Of a stretch of 32,000 bases of DNA, positions 23,977 through 32,000 are shown one piece after another (position 1 is the stretch's first letter; each line of letters begins with the position of its first letter). The DNA is from an uncultured bacterium (lineage in GTDB: Bacteria; Margulisbacteria; WOR-1; CAVSGV01): the NCBI GenBank assembly GCA_963699255.1, contig OY969425.1, positions 870,001 through 902,000 of the forward strand, in the 5' to 3' direction. The notes beneath the pieces were generated by a model that had not been told where the DNA came from, did not search any database, and saw only the letters and a program-made list of their open reading frames with translations. The translations under genes were made by a program, and so were the position numbers.

Positions 23977-24150
23977 TGATGCTCCTCTTTGTGGTCTTAT
24001 TATACTACATATCAATGGAAATAGCTATTAGGGCGATCCCGGGAGCTTTATGCGTTTGGAGATGGCGATGAGGATCGTTGGATGTAAAACACGACGGGGA
24101 ACGGGAAATACCATATGGTCCATACGATACAAAAGAGGTTTATATTTGAA

Positions 24151-24849
24151 CTAAATCTGATATCGTGCCGCTAAGATCCCTTCGGGCATATCTGGTGAAG
24201 AACTTGCGTAGACATCTCTTACAAATTGATTCCCCAAGTCATCACTTACATCAAGCTCATATCTTCGGATGTTCGTGGCGGCCCCATCAGCCGTTACCAT
24301 ATCACCAGATTTATGTAGCGCCTCTTGGTATGAAGCAACGCGTTGATCAATAATAGCGCCGGCATATTTCCCCGCCACAAGATCAACGACCTTCTTCATG
24401 TCATTCCCATCGGTTATCGAGGCAAGGTCTCCTTTACCCAGCGAAGTCGCAGCATCCTGAGCTTTTTGGTATATCCCGGCCTCCGGTTTAAATGATCTTA
24501 TTTTGTTGAATACATCTATGGAATTGCTATTTCCCTGCATGCCTAAGGACGCAGCCAGCCCGGTTCTTGCTTGTTTCAAAATTGTCGGATTTTCATTAAC
24601 GCCGAAATATTTTGTCTTGTCTAATGCGTTAAGCGAGCCGAATATCGTTTCGTCTAAAGTTTGGCCAAAGCTCTTCTCATATGAGTGACTTTCTCCATCG
24701 CTGGGAAGGTAAGAAAGACTATTCGCCTTATCAAGCTCAACTTTTATTGCGGCAAAATTCTCCGTTTTATTATTCAAATTGCCTGATTTCTTCGCCGCAC
24801 CGTTAGGTGCGAATGGTTTGTTTGGATTAATGGTGTTTCCGTTACCCAT
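24151..24849 (-). CDS. hypothetical protein (232 aa) with low-complexity N/G/K-rich N-terminus
   Basis: SD caggagg precedes the ATG. No recognisable domain. Confidence 0.5.
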   Translation of the reverse strand: MGNGNTINPNKPFAPNGAAKKSGNLNNKTENFAAIKVELDKANSLSYLPSDGESHSYEKSFGQTLDETIFGSLNALDKTKYFGVNENPTILKQARTGLAASLGMQGNSNSIDVFNKIRSFKPEAGIYQKAQDAATSLGKGDLASITDGNDMKKVVDLVAGKYAGAIIDQRVASYQEALHKSGDMVTADGAATNIRRYELDVSDDLGNQFVRDVYASSSPDMPEGILAARYQI

Positions 24850-24951
24850 AAGAAAACCTCCTGTTTAACTCTTGCTTACACTATATTATCGTGATAAAAC
24901 ACATAAAACTTGCATGAATTTATTGAAATAATCGGGCATTTGCTTTAGCCC

Positions 24952-25926
24952 CTATTGCGTGGTTTTCCCGAAAAGGATATATATGTGATGGGCCATTTTG
25001 GCCCCGCCGGTCGAGTTCGACTTTTGCGGAGCATCCTGCACTATTACCTTTACGCCGGACGCGGGCGCTTGTTCCGCCAGATCCTGCGACCATTTTTGGT
25101 TATAAACACTCGCGTACTCCGGCACGACAAGGTCAACTTCAAGGTATTTTCCTTTGATCTCTTTTGACATATCGTCCCCAAAACTGTATTCGGGATGTTT
25201 GGGAAATATGTCGTTGTGGTCCCCGCCCGTATAGCTGAAAACCTTCGCATTATTGGCCAGCGATCCACGTATGGACTTTAGTTCGCCGTCATTCGTCATT
25301 TTCCACATTGCTGTATCCGGGATGTCGCCCCAAAAATATCTGTCCCAGGTTTCGTTATCAAACGGCCCGGAAACTCCCATATCATCCTGTAAAACCACAG
25401 ATATCATTACCGCTCTTACACCTTCCTTATCGAACGCCCTTCCTATCGTTCTGCTGATGATCGGCGTGTTTTTTGAGGAGATCGCGTCTGAAATGGCCTT
25501 TTTCTTTGCCTCAGCGGTCGCCGATGTATCATTCTTCGCGACCGTTCTAAGATATGCAAGTTCATCTTTAAAATCCTGATCCGTCCTAGCGAACTCGAGC
25601 ACAGAGTTATTGAACCCTTCGGCCGCGAGCAAAGGAATGACCTCGCTGAAGTATTCGCCGGTGGTTTTGACCCCGTTTTTCTTGTTATTATGGAATTCGC
25701 CGAAACCGATCACCGTGGGATCGTAGAGCTTAATTATCTCTTTGATGGCTTCCGCAAGACTGCTGAATTCTTTGCCGTTTATTTCGGCATATATTTGCTC
25801 AACATTCCCTGTTTTCTGGGAGCCATCGTTCTTTTTGACAGGATTGTTCTTGGTGTTTTGCGCGCCCCCACTCTTTGTCTGGGGTTTTCGGATCTGTGCT
25901 GTATCTATCGGATTTATCATGATCAT
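24952..25926 (-). CDS. hypothetical protein (324 aa), possible Tiki/TraB/ChaN-like fold
   Basis: The N-terminus is low-complexity. The GEFH in VIGFGEFHNNKK recalls the GxxH motif of the Tiki/ChaN/erythromycin-esterase superfamily, but the evidence is weak. Confidence 0.45.
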   Translation of the reverse strand: MIMINPIDTAQIRKPQTKSGGAQNTKNNPVKKNDGSQKTGNVEQIYAEINGKEFSSLAEAIKEIIKLYDPTVIGFGEFHNNKKNGVKTTGEYFSEVIPLLAAEGFNNSVLEFARTDQDFKDELAYLRTVAKNDTSATAEAKKKAISDAISSKNTPIISRTIGRAFDKEGVRAVMISVVLQDDMGVSGPFDNETWDRYFWGDIPDTAMWKMTNDGELKSIRGSLANNAKVFSYTGGDHNDIFPKHPEYSFGDDMSKEIKGKYLEVDLVVPEYASVYNQKWSQDLAEQAPASGVKVIVQDAPQKSNSTGGAKMAHHIYILFGKTTQ

Positions 25927-26021
25927 ATTATTATATTATTCGTCTCTTTTTCCATCAAACTTGCGCATTTCTTTCACTGTATATTCATCGTGCAATTTTA
26001 GCGGGAATTTCACCGGACCGG

Positions 26022-26360
26022 TCAACATGTCAAATGAAGCGCCGCAATGACATTGTTTGAAGGCGCTAATCTATTATATTCCTCGCAGGCCTCGCCGGTC
26101 TTCATGGCTATGACCGTAATGCCTTTTGCCTCGATCTCGGCTTTAACCTCTTTTGGGACGGCCATTACGCCGTCAGCACCCGTCCCTATAATGAGAATTT
26201 CCGGCTTTTTGGCCAATATTTGCACAACATCGCTAAGTGAAAGCCTGTGCCCTTCGATCCTTCTCCATGAGTCATCCACTCTGTCCTTGTAGATGATCAC
26301 GTCGGAAGTGTATGTCTTGCCGTCTATCGTGATCTCGCCGAAGTCATATCCGTCGATCAT
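26022..26360 (-). CDS. MTH938/DUF498-like domain protein
   Basis: The pattern is ITIDGKTYTSDVII.....W.......L...D...IL...PEILIIGTG. Confidence 0.6.
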   Translation of the reverse strand: MIDGYDFGEITIDGKTYTSDVIIYKDRVDDSWRRIEGHRLSLSDVVQILAKKPEILIIGTGADGVMAVPKEVKAEIEAKGITVIAMKTGEACEEYNRLAPSNNVIAALHLTC

Positions 26361-26371
26361 ATGTCCTATCC

Positions 26372-26566
26372 TTACCCGACCTTGATGACCGAAACCGGGC
26401 AGCTGCCGGCCGCTTCCCTTATCTTCGCCTCGTTCGCCTCCAGGTCCGCATCTTTCAGCACCTCAGCCGTATCATTTACCTTGAAAACCTCCGGGCAGAC
26501 CGTCTCGCACACCCCGCAGACTATGCAGCCGTCCTCAATGGTGACCTTTGATATGACCATAAACAC
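26372..26566 (-). CDS. small 4Fe-4S ferredoxin
   Basis: CIVCGVCETVCP plus a distal CP (GSCPVSVI) fits the single-cluster ferredoxin pattern. Confidence 0.75.
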   Translation of the reverse strand: MFMVISKVTIEDGCIVCGVCETVCPEVFKVNDTAEVLKDADLEANEAKIREAAGSCPVSVIKVG

Positions 26567-26683
26567 CTCCGATATGACCCATAGATAATATCAGGCATAT
26601 TATAGACCAGAAAACTGAAGAGTAAATTATATTAGCATTGTTTTTTACATGCGAAAAGTGTAATATTTCATGGGTTTTAAATC

Positions 26684-28669
26684 ATGAACGATCAGGATCA
26701 AAAAAATATTTCTGTTTTTGACAGGATAAAAAGGCTTTTCATAGGAAAGCCCTTTGATGTCCATGATAAAACGCTGGTCCAAAGAATATCTCTGGTCGCT
26801 TTCTTCGCGTGGGTGGGGCTTGGCGCTGACGGCCTCTCGTCATCATCTTACGGGCCGGACCAGGCCTTTACGGTCCTGCAGGGACACATCTACCTGGGTT
26901 TGATAGTGGCGCTGGCCTCAGCTATAACCGTATTCGTTATAAGCGCAAGCTACAGCCAGATAGTCGAGCTTTTCCCCCACGGAGGGGGGGGATATCTGGT
27001 GGCAAGCAAGCTAATTTCACCTTTGGTGGGCATGATAGCCGGGAGCGCGCTTCTTATCGACTATGTCCTTACAATAACGCTCTCGATAGCAAGCGGTACG
27101 GATGCGGTCTTCAGTTTTTTGCCGGGGGCGTGGAATTCGTACAAACTGCTTTTTGCGGTGGCGGCTTTATTCGTTTTGATACTGCTCAACATGAGAGGCA
27201 TAAAAGAATCCGTTACTGTCCTTATGCCGATCTTCCTTCTTTTTATGCTCATGCATGTGTTCTTGATACTGTATTCTTTCGGGTTCCATTTTTCTAATTT
27301 CTCCCAGCTGGCATCATCCACCAAAGGAGACCTCATCAGGTCGAACTCAGCTCTGGGCTTATTCGGAATGATCTTTCTTATACTCCGGGCATACAGCATG
27401 GGAGCCGGCACGTACACGGGAATAGAAGCCGTAAGCAACGGCGTTGCCATATTAAGGGAACCGAAAGTCGAAACGGCCAAAAAGACAATGCTTTACATGT
27501 CCACATCTCTCGCGTTCATGGTCTTCGGCATCATGCTCTCTTACGTTTTTTACAGGGTCGCGCCTGTGGTAGGAAAAACAATGAACGCGGTCCTCTGGGA
27601 AAATATCACCCATGGATGGGCATGGGGATTCGCGCTGGTTTCCATTACGCTGCTTTCGGAAGCGCTTCTGCTTTTTGTAGCCGCTCAAACAGGTTTCATT
27701 GACGGTCCTCGCGTTCTCTCGAACATGGCGCTGGACAACTGGATGCCGAAAAGATTTTCTATCTTGAGCGACCGCCTCGTGACCCAGAACGGAATAATGA
27801 TAATGGGATTGTCATCTTTGGTCTTAATGGTATTGAGCCGCGGCTCCGTTGTTTTCCTGGTGGTCTTGTATAGTATAAACGTTTTCTTAACGTTCTTCCT
27901 TTCTCAGCTCGGCATGGTAAAACACTGGTGGGAGGAAAGGGCCAAGGCCCGGAACTGGATCGGGAAGATCGCGGTGAACGGCACGGGACTGGTCCTGACA
28001 ACATTTATATTGATCTCTGTAATCATCATTAAGTTCCACGAGGGAGGATGGATAACTCTTTTCATAACCGGAATGCTGGTCATTTTCGCTCTGGTAGTAA
28101 AACGCACCTATGAAAAAACCAACGATCAGATAAGAAAACTTGATGACGAGGTCGTAAAGAACCTCGCGCCTTCATCGAATTTCATCCCGCTGCTGGATGA
28201 CAAGAAGCCTTTTGACCCGAAAGCCCCTACGGCCGTGATACTAGTAAAGGATTTCACAAGCATGGGGATAACCACCATATCCACGATCCTTCAATCGTTC
28301 AAAGGCGTTTTCAGGAATTTCGTGTTCGTGCAGGTTGGCCTTGTGAACGCACGGAACCTCGCCGAGGTGCAGGCTGTCGAGAGAACGATCCGGACCGAAG
28401 TGAATAAATTTATTGAACTTGTCAGGTCGCGGGGCTACAACGCTGAAGGTATATGCGTCACCGGAATAGACACGGTGGAAGAATTCTCCGGCGTAGTCCC
28501 AGGCGTTCTTGAAAAATATCCTCACTCCAATTTCTTCGGAGGGCAGATAGTGTTCAAAAATGACAATTTCTTCTCAAGATGGCTGCACAATTACACGTTA
28601 TTCTCGATACAAAGAAGTTTGTATCACAAGGGACTTCCACTCTTCATAATCCCAATCTATGTGAAGTGA
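26684..28669 (+). CDS. APC-superfamily permease with C-terminal cytosolic domain (KimA-like architecture)
   Basis: There are about 12 TM helices. The N-terminal pattern is RLFIGKPF...GADGLSSSSYGPDQAF. A soluble tail of about 200 aa follows. Confidence 0.7.
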   Translation: MNDQDQKNISVFDRIKRLFIGKPFDVHDKTLVQRISLVAFFAWVGLGADGLSSSSYGPDQAFTVLQGHIYLGLIVALASAITVFVISASYSQIVELFPHGGGGYLVASKLISPLVGMIAGSALLIDYVLTITLSIASGTDAVFSFLPGAWNSYKLLFAVAALFVLILLNMRGIKESVTVLMPIFLLFMLMHVFLILYSFGFHFSNFSQLASSTKGDLIRSNSALGLFGMIFLILRAYSMGAGTYTGIEAVSNGVAILREPKVETAKKTMLYMSTSLAFMVFGIMLSYVFYRVAPVVGKTMNAVLWENITHGWAWGFALVSITLLSEALLLFVAAQTGFIDGPRVLSNMALDNWMPKRFSILSDRLVTQNGIMIMGLSSLVLMVLSRGSVVFLVVLYSINVFLTFFLSQLGMVKHWWEERAKARNWIGKIAVNGTGLVLTTFILISVIIIKFHEGGWITLFITGMLVIFALVVKRTYEKTNDQIRKLDDEVVKNLAPSSNFIPLLDDKKPFDPKAPTAVILVKDFTSMGITTISTILQSFKGVFRNFVFVQVGLVNARNLAEVQAVERTIRTEVNKFIELVRSRGYNAEGICVTGIDTVEEFSGVVPGVLEKYPHSNFFGGQIVFKNDNFFSRWLHNYTLFSIQRSLYHKGLPLFIIPIYVK

Positions 28670-28715
28670 ATTCAAGATCAGCTTTTTAGTTTTACGGGCA
28701 GGCCCCGTAAGAATG

Positions 28716-29279
28716 CTATGCATCTCTACGGGGCAGGCCCAGGTCTTTTGCGGCTTCATCCACCAGCTCGTAGATCTCGCTCATGAGGAACGGCTTTTTA
28801 AGGCATTTGAAAGCGCCCGCTTCTTTTGCGCGCGCACGGATGTCTTCATCAAGGCACGCCGATATGAGCGCCCTTTTCATCCTTGGAAAATCGTTCTTTA
28901 TGGAATTCAGGAAATCGATCCCGTTTATACCCGGCATGTTAAGGCCGGTGGTAATGAGGTCGAATGGCCGCTTAAGCAGAAGCGTCATCGCATCCAGGCC
29001 GTTCCGGGCGATCTTCACGTAAACGCCCTTGATCATCAGCATCTCGGCTATCGAGCGGGACACTCCCTGATTATCTTCAACTATCAATATCTTTATCGGG
29101 GAGCTTTGGAATAGCTCTTCGTGTTTTTGATTCCATTCGTCGGAGTCTATGATGTTCTTTTTTGCGTCATTTTTCGACGGCTCTTTATTAAAGACGCCTA
29201 AAAATATGCATATCACAAGAGCGACCACCAGAACGGCTATTGACAGCGTCACGCTGAATATCATTTGCATGGCAGTCAT
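28716..29279 (-). CDS. membrane-anchored receiver (REC)-domain protein lacking the canonical phospho-acceptor Asp
   Basis: There is one N-terminal TM helix. The REC pattern is ILIVEDN...FDLITTGLNMPGINGIDFL...KKPF. Gly occupies the position aligned with CheY D57. Confidence 0.65.
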   Translation of the reverse strand: MTAMQMIFSVTLSIAVLVVALVICIFLGVFNKEPSKNDAKKNIIDSDEWNQKHEELFQSSPIKILIVEDNQGVSRSIAEMLMIKGVYVKIARNGLDAMTLLLKRPFDLITTGLNMPGINGIDFLNSIKNDFPRMKRALISACLDEDIRARAKEAGAFKCLKKPFLMSEIYELVDEAAKDLGLPRRDA

Positions 29280-29332
29280 TATAGGAAAAAACTGACCGAA
29301 AGTAAACCATTTGGCAGGATGATATTCCCCGA

Positions 29333-29424
29333 CCTCACCCCAAATTTATTGGCTCATAATCTACTGATTCTAGTTGCGTAACTCCCCTCTCCATTAAATG
29401 GAGAGGGGAGTTAAAGGGGTGAGG
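29333..29424 (+). promoter_or_regulatory. nested hairpin in the divergent intergenic region upstream of the DEAD-box helicase
   Basis: The outer 9-bp helix pairs cctcacccc with ggggtgagg. The inner perfect 15-bp stem pairs aactcccctctccat (29380-29394) with atggagaggggagtt (29398-29412), with loop taa. Confidence 0.4.
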
Positions 29425-29493
29425 TAAGAGGTTTAAGTCCCGATTTCCTAATAATATTTGACATCTGCTTCAATCTCGTTCATAGTTATCGCC

Positions 29494-30714
29494 ATGACAG
29501 ATCAAACTTTCTTGAGCCTTGGCATAGCGCCCAATCTGCTTAATATACTCGACAGGATGAAATTCACCGTCCCAACCCCGATACAACAAAAGGGTATCCC
29601 CATCGCAGTGGAAGGAAAAGACCTGATGGGTATAGCTCAAACTGGTACGGGCAAGACGCTTGTTTTCGCTATCCCGATGATACAGCGCCTTTCGTTCATT
29701 AAAGGGAAAGGGCTTATTTTGGTTCCGACCCGCGAACTCGCCATGCAGGTGGATGAGACTTTCCAGAAATTCAGAAGCGTTATTGGAGCGGGAACGGCCG
29801 TTCTTATAGGCGGCGCGTCAATGGAAAACCAGATCCGCACTTTAAAGCGCGATCCCAGGATCCTGATCGCGACCCCGGGAAGGCTGATCGATCATCTGCA
29901 GCACCGCACCGTTCGCCTGGACGACGTAAGGATACTTGTACTTGATGAGGCGGACAGGATGCTGGACATGGGTTTCGCGCCGCAGATATCCAGGGTGCTT
30001 GAGGGCGTGCCGTCCGATCGGCAGACGATGCTTTTTTCCGCCACCATGCCGCCGGAGATAATGCGGCTTGCCTCTTCCTATATGAAACTCCCCGTAAGCG
30101 TGGAAATAGCAAAGTCAGGCACTCCGGTGGAGAAGGTCGTGCAGGAAATATACATCGTAAGGAACGAGGATAAAAGACTGCTTCTGGAGAAGATCCTTAA
30201 TCAGTACCATGGCCCGGTCCTTTTATTCAGCCGGACAAAATACGGAGCGAGCAAGATCGTCAGGTCCGTAAAAGACCTCGGACATTCCGCGGCGGAGATC
30301 CATTCGAACCGCTCTTTTTCCCAGCGCCGTGAAGCGCTTGATGGCTTCAAATCGGGAAAATACCGCATACTTGTCGCGACGGATATCGCCGCGAGAGGCA
30401 TTGACGTGAAGGGAATAGAGATCGTGCTTAATTACGATCTTCCGGAGGACCCGGAAAATTATATCCACAGGATAGGCCGAACGGGCCGCGCCGGGCATGA
30501 AGGCAGGGCGATATCTTTCGCGATGCCCGACCAGGGCGGCGATGTAAAGAACATCGAGCGCCTTATGAGAAAGGTGCTTCCCATTTCCAAGCACCCTGAT
30601 GTCCCTGCTGCCGATTTCTACGGGGTTTTCACCACAAAACCACGCCCCACAGGCTTCGCTTACAGAGGAATGAGGCACCAGACATCCAGCCGCAGAGGAT
30701 TTAGAAGAAGATAG
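29494..30714 (+). CDS. DEAD-box ATP-dependent RNA helicase
   Basis: Motifs: PTPIQ, AQTGTGKT, DEAD, SAT, HRIGRTGRAG, and a basic RG-rich tail. The ATG at 29494 is preferred over the TTG at 29458. Confidence 0.9.
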   Translation: MTDQTFLSLGIAPNLLNILDRMKFTVPTPIQQKGIPIAVEGKDLMGIAQTGTGKTLVFAIPMIQRLSFIKGKGLILVPTRELAMQVDETFQKFRSVIGAGTAVLIGGASMENQIRTLKRDPRILIATPGRLIDHLQHRTVRLDDVRILVLDEADRMLDMGFAPQISRVLEGVPSDRQTMLFSATMPPEIMRLASSYMKLPVSVEIAKSGTPVEKVVQEIYIVRNEDKRLLLEKILNQYHGPVLLFSRTKYGASKIVRSVKDLGHSAAEIHSNRSFSQRREALDGFKSGKYRILVATDIAARGIDVKGIEIVLNYDLPEDPENYIHRIGRTGRAGHEGRAISFAMPDQGGDVKNIERLMRKVLPISKHPDVPAADFYGVFTTKPRPTGFAYRGMRHQTSSRRGFRRR

Positions 30715-30745
30715 ACAGAGAAATAGCCCCGCCTCTTCTGCTATA

Positions 30746-32000
30746 ATGTCAACAATGCAAAAAATAATAAATATCGCGATAATCGCGCACGTTGACCACG
30801 GAAAAACGACACTTACCGACCACCTGCTCCGACAGGGCGGGGCTTTCGGGGCGCGGGAAGAGGTCGGCGAGCTTGTGATGGACTCGAACGAGCTCGAAAA
30901 AGAACGCGGGATAACGATATTTTCAAAGAACTGCTCGATCCATTACAAAGGCTGCAAAATAAATATTGTGGATACTCCCGGCCACGCGGATTTCGGCAGC
31001 GAAGTGGAGCGCGTCCTGAAAATGGTGGACAGCGTCCTTCTTCTTGTGGACGCAAAGGAAGGCCCCATGCCGCAGACAAAATTCGTGCTTTCAAAATCGC
31101 TCAAACTCTGGCTCAAGCCGATAGTTGTGATAAACAAGATAGATAAGGTGGGACACAGGGCCGAGAAAGTGGTGGACATGGTATTCGATCTCTTCGTAAA
31201 GCTTGACGCGAACGACCAGCAGCTGGACTTTCCCGTTGTTTACGCCATCTCAAGGCAGGGCATCGCGAAATATCACATCGATGACGATTCAAATGACCTG
31301 ACACCTCTTTTTGAAACGATCCTCAAGCACGTTGCCCCCTACCCCGACAGGAGCAATGAAGTCCTCCAGATGCAGGTCACCAATCTCGCTTACGACGATT
31401 ACGTCGGCCGCATAGCGATAGGCCGCGTAACAAGCGGAAAGCTTGATAAGCGGTCGAAAGTGGCCGTCTGCAGGAGAAGCGGCGCGATAGATGAGGCTGT
31501 TATCACCAAACTCTCGATATATGAAGGGCTTAAAAAAGTCGAAGTGGATGAAGCGCAGTGCGGAGACATAGCGGCGGTCGCCGGGATAGAGAACATAACG
31601 ATAGGCGAAACCATATCCTCCCCGGAGAATCCCAGGCCGATGACGCTCCTTGAAATAGACGAGCCCACCCTCACAATGGAGTTCATAGTGAATAATTCCC
31701 CCTTTGCGGGGCGGGAAGGAAAATACGTCACGACAAGACACCTTAAGGAGCGCCTCACGAAGGAACTGGAGACGAATGTGGGTTTGAAGCTTGAACCGCT
31801 CGGCAGCAGCGGCGAGGGTTTCAAGGTGTCCGGCAGAGGCGAGCTGCATCTTTCCATACTTCTCGAGCAGATGAGGCGGGAAGGTTACGAGATCCAGGTT
31901 TCGCAGCCGAAGGTCATCTTCAAGACGGTGCACAGCGAAAAGATGGAGCCGATGGAACAGGCCGTTATCCAGGTGCCGGAAGAATTCGCGGGCATAGTGA
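30746..32000 (+). CDS. typA: translational GTPase TypA/BipA (3'-partial, runs off the window)
   Basis: Motifs: NIAIIAHVDHGKTTL, DTPGHADF, NKID. The frame stays open to position 32000. The start is ATG 30746 or 30755. Confidence 0.9.
   Translation, partial: MSTMQKIINIAIIAHVDHGKTTLTDHLLRQGGAFGAREEVGELVMDSNELEKERGITIFSKNCSIHYKGCKINIVDTPGHADFGSEVERVLKMVDSVLLLVDAKEGPMPQTKFVLSKSLKLWLKPIVVINKIDKVGHRAEKVVDMVFDLFVKLDANDQQLDFPVVYAISRQGIAKYHIDDDSNDLTPLFETILKHVAPYPDRSNEVLQMQVTNLAYDDYVGRIAIGRVTSGKLDKRSKVAVCRRSGAIDEAVITKLSIYEGLKKVEVDEAQCGDIAAVAGIENITIGETISSPENPRPMTLLEIDEPTLTMEFIVNNSPFAGREGKYVTTRHLKERLTKELETNVGLKLEPLGSSGEGFKVSGRGELHLSILLEQMRREGYEIQVSQPKVIFKTVHSEKMEPMEQAVIQVPEEFAGIV

Noticed and set aside
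28692-28710. Hairpin ttacggg-caggc-cccgtaa between the convergent permease and receiver genes as a bidirectional terminator
   Set aside because: A stem is present, but no U-run follows it on either strand. I left it uncalled.
30813-31933. Several long minus-strand ORFs (93-214 aa) at the right end of the window
   Set aside because: They lie antisense to an unmistakable TypA/BipA GTPase reading frame (AHVDHGKTTL, DTPGHADF, NKID) that stays open to the window end. The ORF track omits that frame only because it has no stop.

Overview
All calls come from reading the sequence and ORF track by eye; no searches were run. The window joins an AT-rich accessory or mobile region (about 1-19.4 kb) to a GC-richer core block (about 19.5-32 kb). 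The core block carries a small membrane protein, ftsZ, ftsQ, ddl, DUF2156, GNAT, two unknowns, an MTH938-like protein, ferredoxin, an APC permease, a receiver-domain protein, a DEAD-box helicase and typA. A tRNA-Gln(CUG) at 18954-19024 marks the boundary.

The accessory part contains, in order:
1. A membrane-associated cluster: an integrase-like/AAA ATPase fusion, a DUF457-like hydrolase and a Poly_export-like protein.
2. A defence-island-like block. It has a divergent WYL regulator, a Cas4/AddB-like PD-(D/E)XK nuclease and a MmeI-like type IIG restriction-modification enzyme. Three translationally coupled unknown genes follow, and their junctions repeat a 23-nt motif.
3. An operon encoding a stand-alone FtsZ C-terminal domain plus a ClpP-like protease.
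4. An extremely A-depleted block encoding a DprA/SLOG-like protein, preceded by a helix-closed structured element.
5. An ECF sigma / unknown / ImmA-protease module.
6. A hairpin-dense tandem-repeat tract with no convincing coding potential.
7. An XRE plus large-serine-recombinase cassette flanked by perfect 170-bp inverted repeats that abut the tRNA.
8. A GIY-YIG gene sandwiched between the tRNA and a diverged copy of its 5' half.

The candidates I rate highest for novelty are the FtsZ-CTD/ClpP pair, the type IIG operon with its repeated junction module, and the IR-flanked recombinase/tRNA/GIY-YIG architecture.
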